Shown: piece after piece, positions 12,001 to 23,302 of the stretch
Layout of the letters: each line of letters opens with the position of its first letter
How positions within the stretch are numbered: the stretch's first letter is position 1
Assembly (NCBI GenBank): GCA_000708835.1
Contig: DF237312.1
Coordinates: forward strand, 34,680-98,679
Direction of reading: 5' to 3'
DNA from: Klebsormidium nitens
Taxonomy: Eukaryota > Plantae > Klebsormidiophyceae
DNA length: 64,000 nt
Translations under genes and position numbers: made by a program
Notes under the pieces: generated by a model
The model's input: the letters and a program-made list of their open reading frames with translations, nothing else
The model's database searches: none
What the model was told of the DNA's origin: nothing

Positions 12001-12213
12001 GGTAAAAGCAACAAGGTTGGACAAGGTGTCAGTTGGAAATCTTCTTCTTTGCCCCTCGTAGGTACCTGTTACGACACGCCAGTCCTTGCGAACGGCACAC
12101 AAGTCTGCCCGGACTGCAACTACTTCGACTTCTACGGTGTCAGCTGCCCCGACTCTAAATCAACGTGCTGCCCGTCAGGAAGGTGCGCCGTGAGCCTTGG
12201 AGGCTGCGGGTGA
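1..12213 (+). CDS. Pro-rich (extensin-like) stalk + Cys-rich repeat protein, paralog 1 (5' end outside window; multi-exon)
   Basis: Hand-spliced exons, all joined in phase 1: <1-266 (PPP-rich, ends PPPPVRQCRSTSDCPTNKGCCTEESTGKV|G), 896-1108, 1469-1672, [1856-2080, acceptor AC; alternative in-frame AG gives 1829-2080], 2673-2897, 3633-3839, [4027-4250 frameshifted], 4858-5094, 5829-6056, 6772-6975, [7163-7400 frameshifted], 7999-8232, 8988-9209, 9918-10124, [10314-10539 frameshifted], 11111-11332, terminal 12062-12213 (ends CCPSGRCAVSLGGCG*). Intact internal exons are multiples of 3, flanked by YAG and GT, and encode 12 Cys. The architecture mirrors paralog 2. Confidence 0.8.
1856..2080 (+). 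other. E-type Cys-rich exon copy 1 (14 Cys): ORF intact but homologous acceptor is AC
   Basis: TTTGTAC|GCACC at 1849-1860, versus GTGTAG|GCACC, GTGTAG|GCGCC and TCGTAG|GCACC in the other copies. An upstream AG (1827-1828) is 27 nt away and in frame. Confidence 0.75.
4027..4250 (+). pseudogene. E-type pseudo/poison exon copy 2 (-1 frameshift, two Cys lost)
   Basis: 224 nt versus 225. One C is missing at about 4130-4132 (TGCTGCCCAAC vs TGCTGCCCCAAC). TGT>TCT and TGC>TAC substitutions remove two Cys. Splicing to the next exon meets TAG early. Confidence 0.7.
7163..7400 (+). pseudogene. E-type pseudo/poison exon copy 3 (+13 nt)
   Basis: 238 nt. GTGAC is inserted near 7177 and TTATAGCACAG replaces AAA near 7196-7206. 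The entry frame reaches a TAA stop. Confidence 0.8.
10314..10539 (+). pseudogene. E-type pseudo/poison exon copy 4 (+1 nt)
   Basis: 226 nt. One extra base at about 10378-10380 (TACTTAGAATGGT). The entry frame reaches TGA inside the exon. Confidence 0.8.
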
Positions 12214-15200
12214 AAGACGCATCCCAGTGCCCGAGGAGGAGAGTGGCTAGCTCGGTGAGCCCTGCCTTATTGCGAAAGCAGTGTTCATATCTTCAAGTTT
12301 CGCATCATCCCTGTTGCAGCAGAGAAAAAGGACAGGGGGACTCTGAGGTCCCTGTATGTTCAGCCGCAATGGTACTCAGGTTGCAAGAGATGGGGGGGGG
12401 CTTGAGAAGCGCATAAGCGGCCACCCCCGGCCCCAAGTGGACAAATCAAGGCGGCGACTTGCACTTTCCGGCTTCTAGCAATGTCATCTCAGGTCTGGAT
12501 TCTCAGGGTTCTGGGTTTACAAACGTTGACAGCGCGACTTGCGAAGTGAGGCGATTCTGCTTGATTGGAAGCGCCTTGGTTTTTGTTGACTGTTTGCTTT
12601 TGTTGTGTTGGTAATCCTTTTGTGCCGCCGACGATCCGACCAGCCTGTACCCAAATTAGCGAAAAGAGAGGCCACCGTTAACCAGGCTGGTCTAGCCTAG
12701 CTTAGTTGTTGACTTCGATCAGCCCACCAGAAGCTTATCAATGTCTGGTTTCAAAGCACCGGCTCACCGACCATGACTGTAAACGAGATTAAATTGTCAG
12801 CTTCTTTAATGGTTTGGCCGAACACCACCCGAATCACTCGCGTCAGATCAATGACCCCTTTCACGCTTATGAATTGTTCCGTTTCAAGGCCTAGCCGACT
12901 CGGTTTCAGCACCCGACGAAGATTGCCTTTTGGTCCAAGTATATCGACTTTGACAATCAAACTTCCCTGGCTAAATGAATGCCAGGACAGCTCGCCGGGG
13001 GCAAACTCCGTACCCTTCAAAACCGTAATGATCCTGGTAAGCTGCTACGTACTGACGCGGTTGCCTTTCTTCTGCAGCGAAGGGGCCCTCGGAGGACCGG
13101 CTGGATTGCTGTTAGTGAATGGCAACCGAGTCGATGTGCTTACACCTAGATTTCTACTACCATATGTCTGGGGTCCGAAACGGACCTTGGAACGTGTGTT
13201 TCTTGTGACGAACCCCAGTGGTTAGGAGCAGATGCAACTCTTTGATGCGCTTTCTTTGTTTTGTTTTGATGCATGTTACAGGTTTCTCAGCTACTATACA
13301 AGTGCATCATAGTACAATAAGGAATTTGTAATGTTGTGACTATACCGTTAGCCATTCTCCTCCTTTGGTTATTTACCAGCCAGGAGCTATTGTGAATGAG
13401 TTTGAGGACCATGCAGGAGTTAATAGTAGCATCAGGTCTGTTGGCCGGAGGTGTCGTCACTAACTTATATTACCGTGAGCTATTTCTGATTAGATTCCTT
13501 TTCTACCATTTAGTTGCTAGCATCACGTTCAATTGATTGGCAGTGGATGAGATTAGCATCACGTTGGTCGTTAGCGTTCACGAACAACATTGACGCATGA
13601 TCTTGTTTTTTTTTTTTTTTTGAAACCACTCAGTTTACCTTCATTCGAAGTATCAACACACAATGAACCGGGTGTTGATGCATGACGTGGTGCATGAGAT
13701 CGGATCATGATGCGAGATAAAAGATGTACTCTTCAAATTTATTATTGATGTGCACCGTCGTGCAGCGCGGCCGCCTGATACAGACCGAGGCCACATCATT
13801 GCATACATGCACGTATATACTTTGAGACCAAGTACTGTACTTGAATACATGGACGGACAAAGGCCGCGCGGTTCAACGATACATACATACATACTTCTTT
13901 AAAAGGCCGTAGCAGTTAAGCCATGGACCTGAAAATGCTGGACAACCTGTAATCGATGAGTCCGGGGCGTTCAGTTCGACGAGCTATAACTACTCAATCC
14001 ATACTACCTTTCTATTCCTACATGCTGTTTATATTCTGCTTTTCTTCTAGTAGATTTTACCCAATCGTTACGGCCGTGATCAACGTCTTGCAGTTAGCTA
14101 AAACCGTTATCTGCTAACAACGGGGTTTCACAACCATCTCCTCAAGATAGCCACGCAAAACGTAGCTTCGACCTGCTTAATGTTGCTATGCTTTTGATTA
14201 AGTTGACGTTGGTGTCGCACAAGTATAAATAAAAACGCCCGCCGGGCCGCCATGTTTCAATCGGATGCAAAAGCCATTTGTATAGCAACCAGACATGTAT
14301 CATGTATGGTAGTGCCAGCTCTGCAAACTTGAAAGGAAGCTAAGGAGTCTGCATTTAGTAGGCGGCTACTATAAGCTTGCCCAATACGGATCATGCGGAA
14401 GTATGATCAGCTACATATTGGGTACGGGGCAATGCGGCGGGGCGCAGAGACGGCGCCGTACACTGAGCTTGGCGCGTTGGCTTTCAATGTGGAGCCAAAT
14501 TGGGGCCGAACTGGAGGTTTCCGGTCCCGAAAAGTGGCGGACGAACGTCCGGAGCTACAGCCCGATTTGAGGCCGATTCTCAGAAGGCACTGGTTTCAAT
14601 TCTTGGGAATTGGCTTCGATTGCGGGTACCTCCCTGCGGCTACGGGGCAGAAAGAGGAGCAAAGCGGCAGGGAGGCACTGGGGCTCACTTGCGCTAGCTG
14701 AGCTGGGCAACCGCACCAGTGCGCCGTTAGTAAAGATGTATGCGGATCAAGCAGGATTCTGAGGCGCAGCCCGGTGCTAAGCGGTTCCGGGAGGGGCGAA
14801 GGGAAGCAAACTCCTTCGTTGTCGGGGATAGCTCCATTCAAGCTTCAAGTGTGTCAGTTTAAGATGTAGTGCACGAGCAATCGGAAGCTAGAGTACCAAC
14901 CAACGCGCGCAAGACAGCTACGACGTCGAAGCACTCGGATCCGCTGAAAAAAGGCCCACCGTCCAGCACAGGAAGGTGGCAGATTGGTGGCAGAGTATTC
15001 AGCATTTCTTTCAATCTTCCCGTGCATCTGTTCAGCGCAGAGGAGCCCCAGCATTAGAGCACCGGACGGATTTTGGTGACAGCAGCCAAGATTAGTAAGC
15101 CAAATATAAGCGACACGATATCTTCGAAATTTCGCTCACTAGAAGTAAAACGAGCGTGCTTCTGCTCGGCCTGCCTCTGCGCCATTCCCGTTGCCGCAGA

Positions 15201-18200
15201 CTCTCATCCTGGCCGGGCCTGCGCGTGGGGCGCCGCCAGGGCAGCGCCTCTTAAACATACTGGACCTCCATGAAGCGCCGCTTTGAAGGTCGAAATCGTT
15301 CCCGATTGCTTCATTGACTTCATCGGTTGCGTTTTTGACCTTCCGCTAAATGCGCACCGGCGATAGCCGCTGAATCCAGTCCCACGTGGGCCCTACGCAC
15401 CCCGTGGCGCCACGTGTCACCTGCTGGCTCAGCCTCTGCGGGCGCTCGAAGTACTATGCTCATGCCACTCTTGGCAAGGCTGCCCTATCAGACCCAGCTT
15501 CGAATGGGTAGGGTTTCTAACGGGTCACACATGCGAAGCGCCCGCAGTGACCCCCATTGTTTTCGCTGCCAAGCTTCACTTACATTTCAAAGTTGGAGTT
15601 GCTGATGGCATCATTCTCGTGGTTCAGATTTAAGTTTCTTCTTGTTTGCAAACGGGCGTCTTCGTGCTTCAGGGGAGGGACAGGGCAGATGACGTCGAGA
15701 GCGGTATCGCGGAAGGTCTAAAAGTTCCACCGTTGCTTCCTTGCGCGCGGGGCGCTTTAAGACCCCCGGCAGAGCTGCTTCAGCGGGCTTGTCACTCTAG
15801 TGATGAAGGCGGCTTGTCTTCCGCGCCCGTTCGCCTGTCTGCGGGATATCAGGCTTGCCCGGGCGTTTAATACCGGTGGAATCAGAACCTTTACACTCAT
15901 CAAAGCACCGCCTTGTGATGTCCAACTGGCGGCCGGGCCGGCCCCAACTTGAAGGACAAGCGACCAGAAAGACTGCAGTTGCCCGCTGTGGTGTCGCTAT
16001 TTTCTTCATGCGTTTTCACTTCGAATCTCAAGGGAGTCCGGCAGGTCGTCTGGGACCCGCGCAGGCCTCGGAACCGGAACGGCAGGAGGGCTGGGGCGCT
16101 GCAGAGCGCGGCCTAGTGCCGCGGAACTCGGCCGCGGAACGAACCGGGGCACGGGTAAGATGCAGAGGGTTAGGTTCGGGGCGAAAAAGCCCTTTGAAGT
16201 GCCCAGAATGCCTGCAGTGGGTTTCGCTGAATAGCAAACATCCACCTTCCGTACCACTTTGGAGGCAAGCTTGCGGCAGCATGCGCAGTTCCGTTTCCGT
16301 TTGTCTTATTTTCGGCTGGCAAATCGCCCATTACCTCTGTGGAAACCGCTCACTTCCCTGGCTCTATTAATTTACCCGTTCGGTCGAAGTCTGGGACGTC
16401 CGAGCCTGCTCCGCTCCTTCAGTCCGAACCGGCAGTTTTGGACCTGATCCTATGTTCCTTGTCATCCGACGTTCCAGCCCTTTTAATTGTAATCGGCTGC
16501 CAGATCTCTTCTTTAAAACGCAAAACCTTTCGAGCGCCGATTCTGTGCCTGCCGGACAACTCCTCTTCCTTCCGTTCCACGCCGAAAGCCCACAATTCTC
16601 CTTGACAGCTTTTTTTGGCCACATGGTGGCGGAGACCCCTGCATCCGTAGTTCCTGCCGCTCATGAGAGAAATCATGAAAAATCGGCCGAGCTACAGAGA
16701 AGGCGATGCACTGGACCATTCAGTCCGAAGTCTCGCTCCCGTGCACATCGCTGCCGGACCCCCGCTTGGCCAGTCCAGGGAAGAAATTTGAGACGAAATG
16801 CAGTGAAACCTCCGATTTTGTCCACGCGGGAATCGCACGTGCGTCACGAGTATTTCACCTTGCCGCAAGCGCCATAGTTCAAGTTCAGTCCCACCATCGA
16901 GTCCCAGATGGTCCTTAAGATTTACAGTACCGTGCGTTCTCGACGTCGAATCACCTGTCGTAAGTTCTGGATCCAATGCTGCTTTGCTGAGAGGTTTGAG
17001 GCTCCTGTGTTCTAAGCGCTGCTTCTATAAAGAAGCAGCTCCTAAGATCCCAACCAGAAGGTTGTAGCTCGGAAAGCTGAAGGATGTCGGAGAATAAGAA
17101 ATCCGCTTGCCTGTCGGGTGTTCATTTGGAGTTCTGTTTAATTGCTGCTTTCGCACCGAGTCCCGCGAGCTGCGACATACACGATGATGAAAGCGCGAGA
17201 ATGAAAGCGGCGAATTCGTGGCAGAGCTACGCGAGCTAGGTGGGCCACGTGTTGCTTGATCTCGCCAGGTCCCAGCGAGCTGTCTCCGTCGGTTCGGCAG
17301 ATCTTCGATACGACACAAAGCTCCGTCTGGCTTGTTCACCCTACACTCTCCTGACGTGTTCAACCATCAGTTTGCTACGTCGTTGTCCACGGACTGCAAG
17401 GAGATTGGTACGAAAAGTTGACCGACTCTGCTCTCATCGGGGTGCTTTGTCGTGAAAACTCCTTCTCCGACTGACCAATGTTTGCAGGTAATTCTTTCGA
17501 AGCTCCTCCAAAGGCTCGTTTCCAAGCCATGAATGTTCTATTGGAACGGTGCCAGCTTTTACGTGCACCTAACAAGAGCTGATACAGGGTGTAAATGAAT
17601 CTGTCGAATGCCGTCCCGTTCCATCTGCGACGGTGCCGTCCCGTTGCATCCGCTCGATCCGGCTCAGATGAAACGGGTCGATGTACAGATTCGAAGTGGA
17701 ATTGTGCAGGACCAACAGACCTGGCTGTAAAAAAGGTACGGAAAGAGACTTTGACGTGTTCGTGTGCGAAGTAGTGCAGGAGAACAATAAGTGCGTAAGG
17801 TTTTTCGACTCTGGTGGAGAAAGCCTAGCTGCAGTAGCGGCAGGGTGAAGGAATGAGCGGCTGATCAGCCCAGTCGCTTAAAACTTCCAAAGCAAGGGCT
17901 TTGAGCTCATCTTGTCCAACGCAGTAAGCAACGAATAAACCTCGAAAGTTGCATCGACGCCAGCCGTATCTGTCTTTTTGAAGATTTTGAAGCCGGACAA
18001 GTCAGAACCAAGCGAACAAGTGTCAGCCTTGTGGGCACTCCATGTCTTCAAACTCCTGGCAGATCGGCGGTTGTATTCCGCAGTGCTCGAGCATTACGTA
18101 CGGCTTCCAATGGCTACATACAGACATCCAAACCTTGCTGCCGTCTTGGTGCCGCAGGAGGGAGCTTAAGTCAAAGATTGGGCCCATCTGATCGCCCCAG

Positions 18201-20476
18201 TTGCTGTACGATCGCGACACAAAAACCTGTCAAGCCATCAGATCCTCACCGGATGCACTCTCGCAGGCGGACCGGGAACGGCGACTGGTCGGGGTGCTGA
18301 GAAGAGGCAATAGTAATGTGCTGCCGTCTTGGGGGCCTCCTTCTCTTCCCAAGAGCATCAGAGTTCTCCCTAAGCGACCTTGCTACACCATCAACTTTTC
18401 AAATTTTCTGCACAACAGCATCTTACTGATGTAGAGTCAGCATCTTACTAACTTAGAGTCGATTGACAATGTCTGACAGGGCTTCCGCGACAGCGCGGGC
18501 GCTTTGGGGGCAGTACATCGGAGAGAGCTGCGGACCCTCCATCTCCTGACTCTCGCTCTCAGTACTCTCGCTGTCAGTACCTTTCGCTCGCCACGGTCGG
18601 GCTCCTCGTATCCACCTCTTTTGCTTGCCACGTCATCGCTGCCGCCCGGGTCCTCGTTTTCGTCGATCTGGCACCTGCACGTCATCTTTCCCGCCCTCGG
18701 ACGGTCTGCAGGTGGCAGTTTGGCAGTCGAATCTGACTTTCTTTCCGGTCTGATTCATGATTGGGGTCGTTTTATTGCCAAGCCCCAGACTTGGGCTGAC
18801 TTCCTGGGCCCTTCTTTCCGAAAGCTGCGCCTTTTGCTTCGCTCTGACTCGGTCCAAACTTGCAGCTTATACGCAGTCGCTTCTCGATCCCAGCAGCTTC
18901 GACCCACTTTTAGTACCAGCAAGGTTGCTATTCTAGCACGACAAACGTTTACCGTTCCGCCCGATCCAAGCCAACAGAGGAATTGACTCTCGAAGTTTTC
19001 CAGCCGAAATGAGGGGCGGTAACTTTCTTACACAGACGCCCCACATAGAAGCAGGCCGATGATTCGCGGGCTGTTAAATCCAGCGCACCCTCGGCAGAAG
19101 CTCCTCAGCAGTCACCTACCCGCGAGTTACGTACCGCATACACTCCTGTCGCAACCGCGAGCGCAAGGTGCGCAGTGTGTAAACTTCTGCTTCTCGATGA
19201 TTTCTGCTTCCCGGGTGATCTAACGAGAATGCTGGCCTTGACCCTGCATGCTCCGTCGTTTCGCTGCAGTCCACCACCGCCAGTAAGGCCCCCCAACTGA
19301 AAGTGGCGGCCATCCAGCCATCACTTATGCAGAATGTGTCCCGAGTTGATTGCAGAGCAGAACAGTAGTACGTTTGTATGTCTGAACGGAATAGCAGGTT
19401 TTTGCCAGTACCTCTTGGGGTCAGCATGCCGTTCTGGGGTTAGCATGCCGGTCTGCACTCCACCGGTCTTCCGCACCCAGTCTTTGGCAGATCGCAATTC
19501 AAGCTCAAGGGACGTGTGAGTCCCTGCAATGTGTTTTGACTAGGCTAAGGCAATATATCAGGGCTGAAGCTACCATCCCGGTGTCATGCCGAACTCGTGG
19601 TGTCGCCCCCATGTGTCCGATCGATTGAATAGCATCTGATACCCAGTGTGCTCATGCAGGCCCGGGCAAATCAATGGCGATATCATCGATTTGCATACTC
19701 GACCATTGAACTCACGCCTTGATTCCGAGTAGATCAAGCAGCTCGCGAGTCGGGCGCGGCTTATATAGAATCAAGCGTCGGGTCATGAACCGGCACATAC
19801 ATGCGAATGCACTTCTCATGCATTTGCTGCGCACATACATAAAACTGTATTGTAGGCTAGCTTAAGAGATGATCTGCACTCATGTTGCTTCAACACTTCA
19901 CTCGTTCCATGCACATGCAGAATAATTTCTTACAGCCTGAAAAGCAACTTAAACTTACTTGCATGGCGAAACTCGGGCCGGCCCGGAGCTGCCCGGCGGG
20001 CGGCCAGATCGAGCACAGTGCAAGGGGCGACGGTCAGATGATATGTCGATCAGTGCAATCCAATTAATCACCTTATTTGCATGGCGGCCGGATCGCGAGC
20101 CTGATCGGTCGGCCACAACAGATACATGATTAAAATGATTCCAATGATAGGCATCCGACAAGGCAACCGCGTTCCAGACTCAGCTTGGGCCGTGCCCGCA
20201 GCTTACATGACCAATTTTCCTTGGAATGTAGTGTTCCAACTTTCAAAGAGCGTCGGAGTCATTTGGTTAACCTCCACCAGCGAACAAGACCGTTATCGTC
20301 ATCGCCACACGTTGTTGCTTAGGGTAGCAATATGACATGCATGCGCACTGTGGCGGCATCGAATCGCAATATAGGTATTACATGTTCTGGAAAAATGAGC
20401 ATTGAAGCATGGCCTCGCCATGGCAGATAACCTTACTAAAAGAGGGGAAAAGAAGACTGTCCAAGAAACGGGCCTC

Positions 20477-23302
20477 TCATTCCGCTTTCACAGCTTTTGG
20501 CGTTGGGGATTGTCCGCTAAGAAGCGCCCCCAGTCCTCCTGAAGTCTTCATTTGCTCCTGAACGGCCTTGATCTCTTCAGGATCTGTAAGCAAGGACCGC
20601 CGCCAAAAATCAATTAATTGTCTCGGAAAGACTTCATTCCTCCCGCTTCTCCAGAGTCTCTGACAACAGCTAGTAACGTCAGAAGCCTCCGAACGAGGAG
20701 GGTTGTAAAACGCACGTATATACAAGCATCCACATATTCATGTTTCTCCAAAACACAACCCGGCTTCAGTCGGGGTAAAAAAAGTACACTCGAAGACTCA
20801 ACATTTCTGACAACTGTAGTCAGTGCGGATACCTGAGCAGCCCCTTCACTGTTCCACAAGATGACTGCTTCACCTTTTGCAGACACCAAAGCTCGCCAAG
20901 GCGAGGATGCACCAGACCTCCCCAATCGAAAGCCCACCGCAAAAGCAGGCATAACAGAACCGCCACAATCAAGCACTGCCGTGGCCGAACGAGCAGCTCT
21001 CCAAGCAATCGACGGGTCAGAAAATTCGAAACTACAACCTGGCACGTTTTTGCTGTCAGTAAGTTGTCAGAATATCGCCCTCCTTCCTTGCAAGCACTCA
21101 CCCATGCCGGCCGTCATTGCTGGAAGGCCGTAGATTGCAAACAGGCTGAACGCCATCATGAGAACCATCGGGTTCTTAGCAAATGTCCAGACCGTAACCG
21201 GCTGCCGGATCTGTGGAAAGTGGGGACGAGAATGAGCAATAAGCAGGAATCGCTCACTTATCCTGGTTGTCGTTACTCCAAAAACGACCCTTCATTTCTG
21301 ACACAGATCGCCGCGAAAATATGATAACTTGATAGTGGAGCAGCTTTCAGCAAACCGTATGAAGGTCCGTGACACAAGAGCAACTTTCCCTCTGTCTGAT
21401 GGAGACGACAATGATCGCAGGACTATGTTCAACGAGATGGAAATGATCAGATACTTGGCGATATCTTGCCATGCGGCTCCTTGCCTGACATTGTCACATC
21501 CCAACTCTCCTTTGCTTCTTCTACCTTTCACTCTGCATCTCTTCAATCAGGCAATGCAGAGAATGAACTACCAATGAAAACCTTCGGGATCGAAAGTCAG
21601 AAGTGGCCAATCGTGATACCCAAGAACCAGAGCGTGTAAAAGGTTGCCGAGCAAGACTAATAGTACTGGTCAAACAGAAGGTTTTAAGAGTATAAGAAGA
21701 GAGATTTACCTCGTAGTAAAAGACAGGCATAACGGGGGTCAGCACCAGCGGCTGCGGAAGCACTCTCCGGTGATTCTCAGCGATACTTGCACGGACCTCT
21801 CCCCTCTTCGAACTTGCATCGATCTTCAACTGAATAGACAACGAAGATATGTTTGTCCAGAAAGTCGAATTGAGTGCCTGAGCTACTTCACCTGCTACAT
21901 TCGCCTGTTCAAGCTTTTCAGAAAAAAAACTCCTATGTTTGAGATGGGTCTGTGCATGCTTGCTGTGATGCGTCCCCGAAGCTATGTAAGCAAGGCAACA
22001 AGCGAATCAAGACTTTGATCAAAGGCTTCAGACTGTTCCCATCGATCTGCATCAGACATGCAAACTTGCGATGGCCCTGATGATAGCTTATGGTAAGATG
22101 TTGCCAATAATGTGAAAGGCACTGTGCATCTCTCGATCTTGGCAGGGACAGAGGCGCTTCCCCCAAAACAAACACAAAAGCAGATAAACGATTTGGGGAA
22201 ACTTACCGGGGCGAAGTAGTAACCGAGCGCCACCACCTCCAAGATGTGAGATCCAGAAGGGATGTCATAGCTTTTGAACAGAACAGTCAAGGAAACCTGC
22301 TCCTCATAGATGTGCTCACTCAATGATGAATCAGAAAAAGTTGCTCAACCAGTCACAACAACTCAATTCTCGAACCAGGAGAGTCCACGTAGTTGATCAA
22401 TCGAGATCTAAGCCAGCAAGACAGCATTGAGTTGGATCAACACTCGTGCGCAGGATACAATGCGAAGTAGCCGTCAATCCTCGGAAAGGCGACGTAGCGG
22501 CCCCCGTCGAGAAGTATTTTGATTGACGCTGGCTTTGTCTTCAGCACTGCAAGAAAGCTTGTCAAAAATGAGACGGGTCGGCTATGGTTTAATACAGTGG
22601 TCAAGGACCCCATGAGTGGCCTCCCGCATTTTGCGTCATGAACAGGAAGAAGAAATACGGGACAACCATTGAAGCAGCCCCACCTCATCTGCTTAGTGGT
22701 GGAGTTTGATAGTGGAAGTATGCTTACCGTCAAGCCTTATTCGTCCGTCTATGATCGATGTTTCGCCCGATTGGCTGAGGAAGTGGAAAGATAAGAGAAA
22801 ATCAGGCAACAGGATCAAAATGATATACTTTCAGCAAATCTTGGATCCTAAGTTCAACAAGCGTACCAAGTTTACTTAAGACGCCCGTAACGCATACATA
22901 GAGCAACCTTCCACAAACAGTCTTCATGAGAGTCAACCATATCATCTTCAAACGGCAACAACCAGAAGTTTGCAGCTCAACCTTTCTGAGCTTTTGCTTT
23001 GGATGCTGCATCTTCGCTCATCTAAGATATAAGAATCTTATGAGTCCTGTGCAGGAAGTTCTTACGCACCATGAACGAGCACAGGCACTACAATCTAATG
23101 CAGCTTCAGAGAAGCTGATGGGAATGTTTGAGATGGATATTCACTCTGCGACTGCCCCAATGCCCTTTGCTTGAGCACACAGTGACAAAATTACCGCACC
23201 ATGATGCAAAGCTCACCTAGCTGCAGCTGACACGCAGAGCGAGCTGAAACAGAAACAGCCCACAATGAGCAACAAACACCGGTTCCTTCCCAACAATTCC
23301 AT
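20477..23302 (-). CDS. EMC7: ER membrane protein complex subunit 7
   Basis: Seven exons: 23302-23217, 22774-22728, 22546-22459, 22270-22207, 21829-21710, 21210-21102, 20583-20477 = 621 nt, 206 aa. Signal peptide MELLGRNRCLLLIVGCFCFSSLCVSAAA, then IKILLDGGRYVAFPRIDGYFAFYDIPSGSHILEVVALGYYFAP, a TM segment KNPMVLMMAFSLFAIYGLP, and MDPEEIKAVQEQM. These match plant EMC7 motifs from memory. Confidence 0.9.
22271..22458 (-). other. U12-type (minor spliceosome) GT-AG intron in EMC7
   Basis: 5' splice site GTATCCTG. Branch site TTTCCTTGAC (22295-22286) has its branch A 16 nt from the AG end. Splicing restores TT|C = Phe in frame. Confidence 0.8.

Larger units (their letters stand above)
1469..12213 (+). 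repeat. Tandem genomic duplication array of exon+intron units (D-E-A and D-E-A-H)
   Basis: D-type exon starts at 1469, 3633, 6772, 9918 (spacings 2164, 3139, 3146). H-type starts at 5829 and 8988 (3159 apart). The introns are also alignable between units, e.g. GCAAGCTGAYTCGAT, ACGACCCCGGATCGA, GGACCAACTTGAC recur in each. Confidence 0.92.

Noticed and set aside
15380-15420. Paired CACGTG G-box/ABRE-like motifs
   Set aside because: A 6-mer occurs many times by chance in 64 kb of GC-rich DNA, and no gene start was identified nearby.
21292-21546. F-box-like ORF (LNIVLRSLSSPSDRGKVALVSRTF) on the minus strand
   Set aside because: It lies wholly inside EMC7 intron 5 (21709-21211). EMC7 splices in frame without it, and the resemblance is short.
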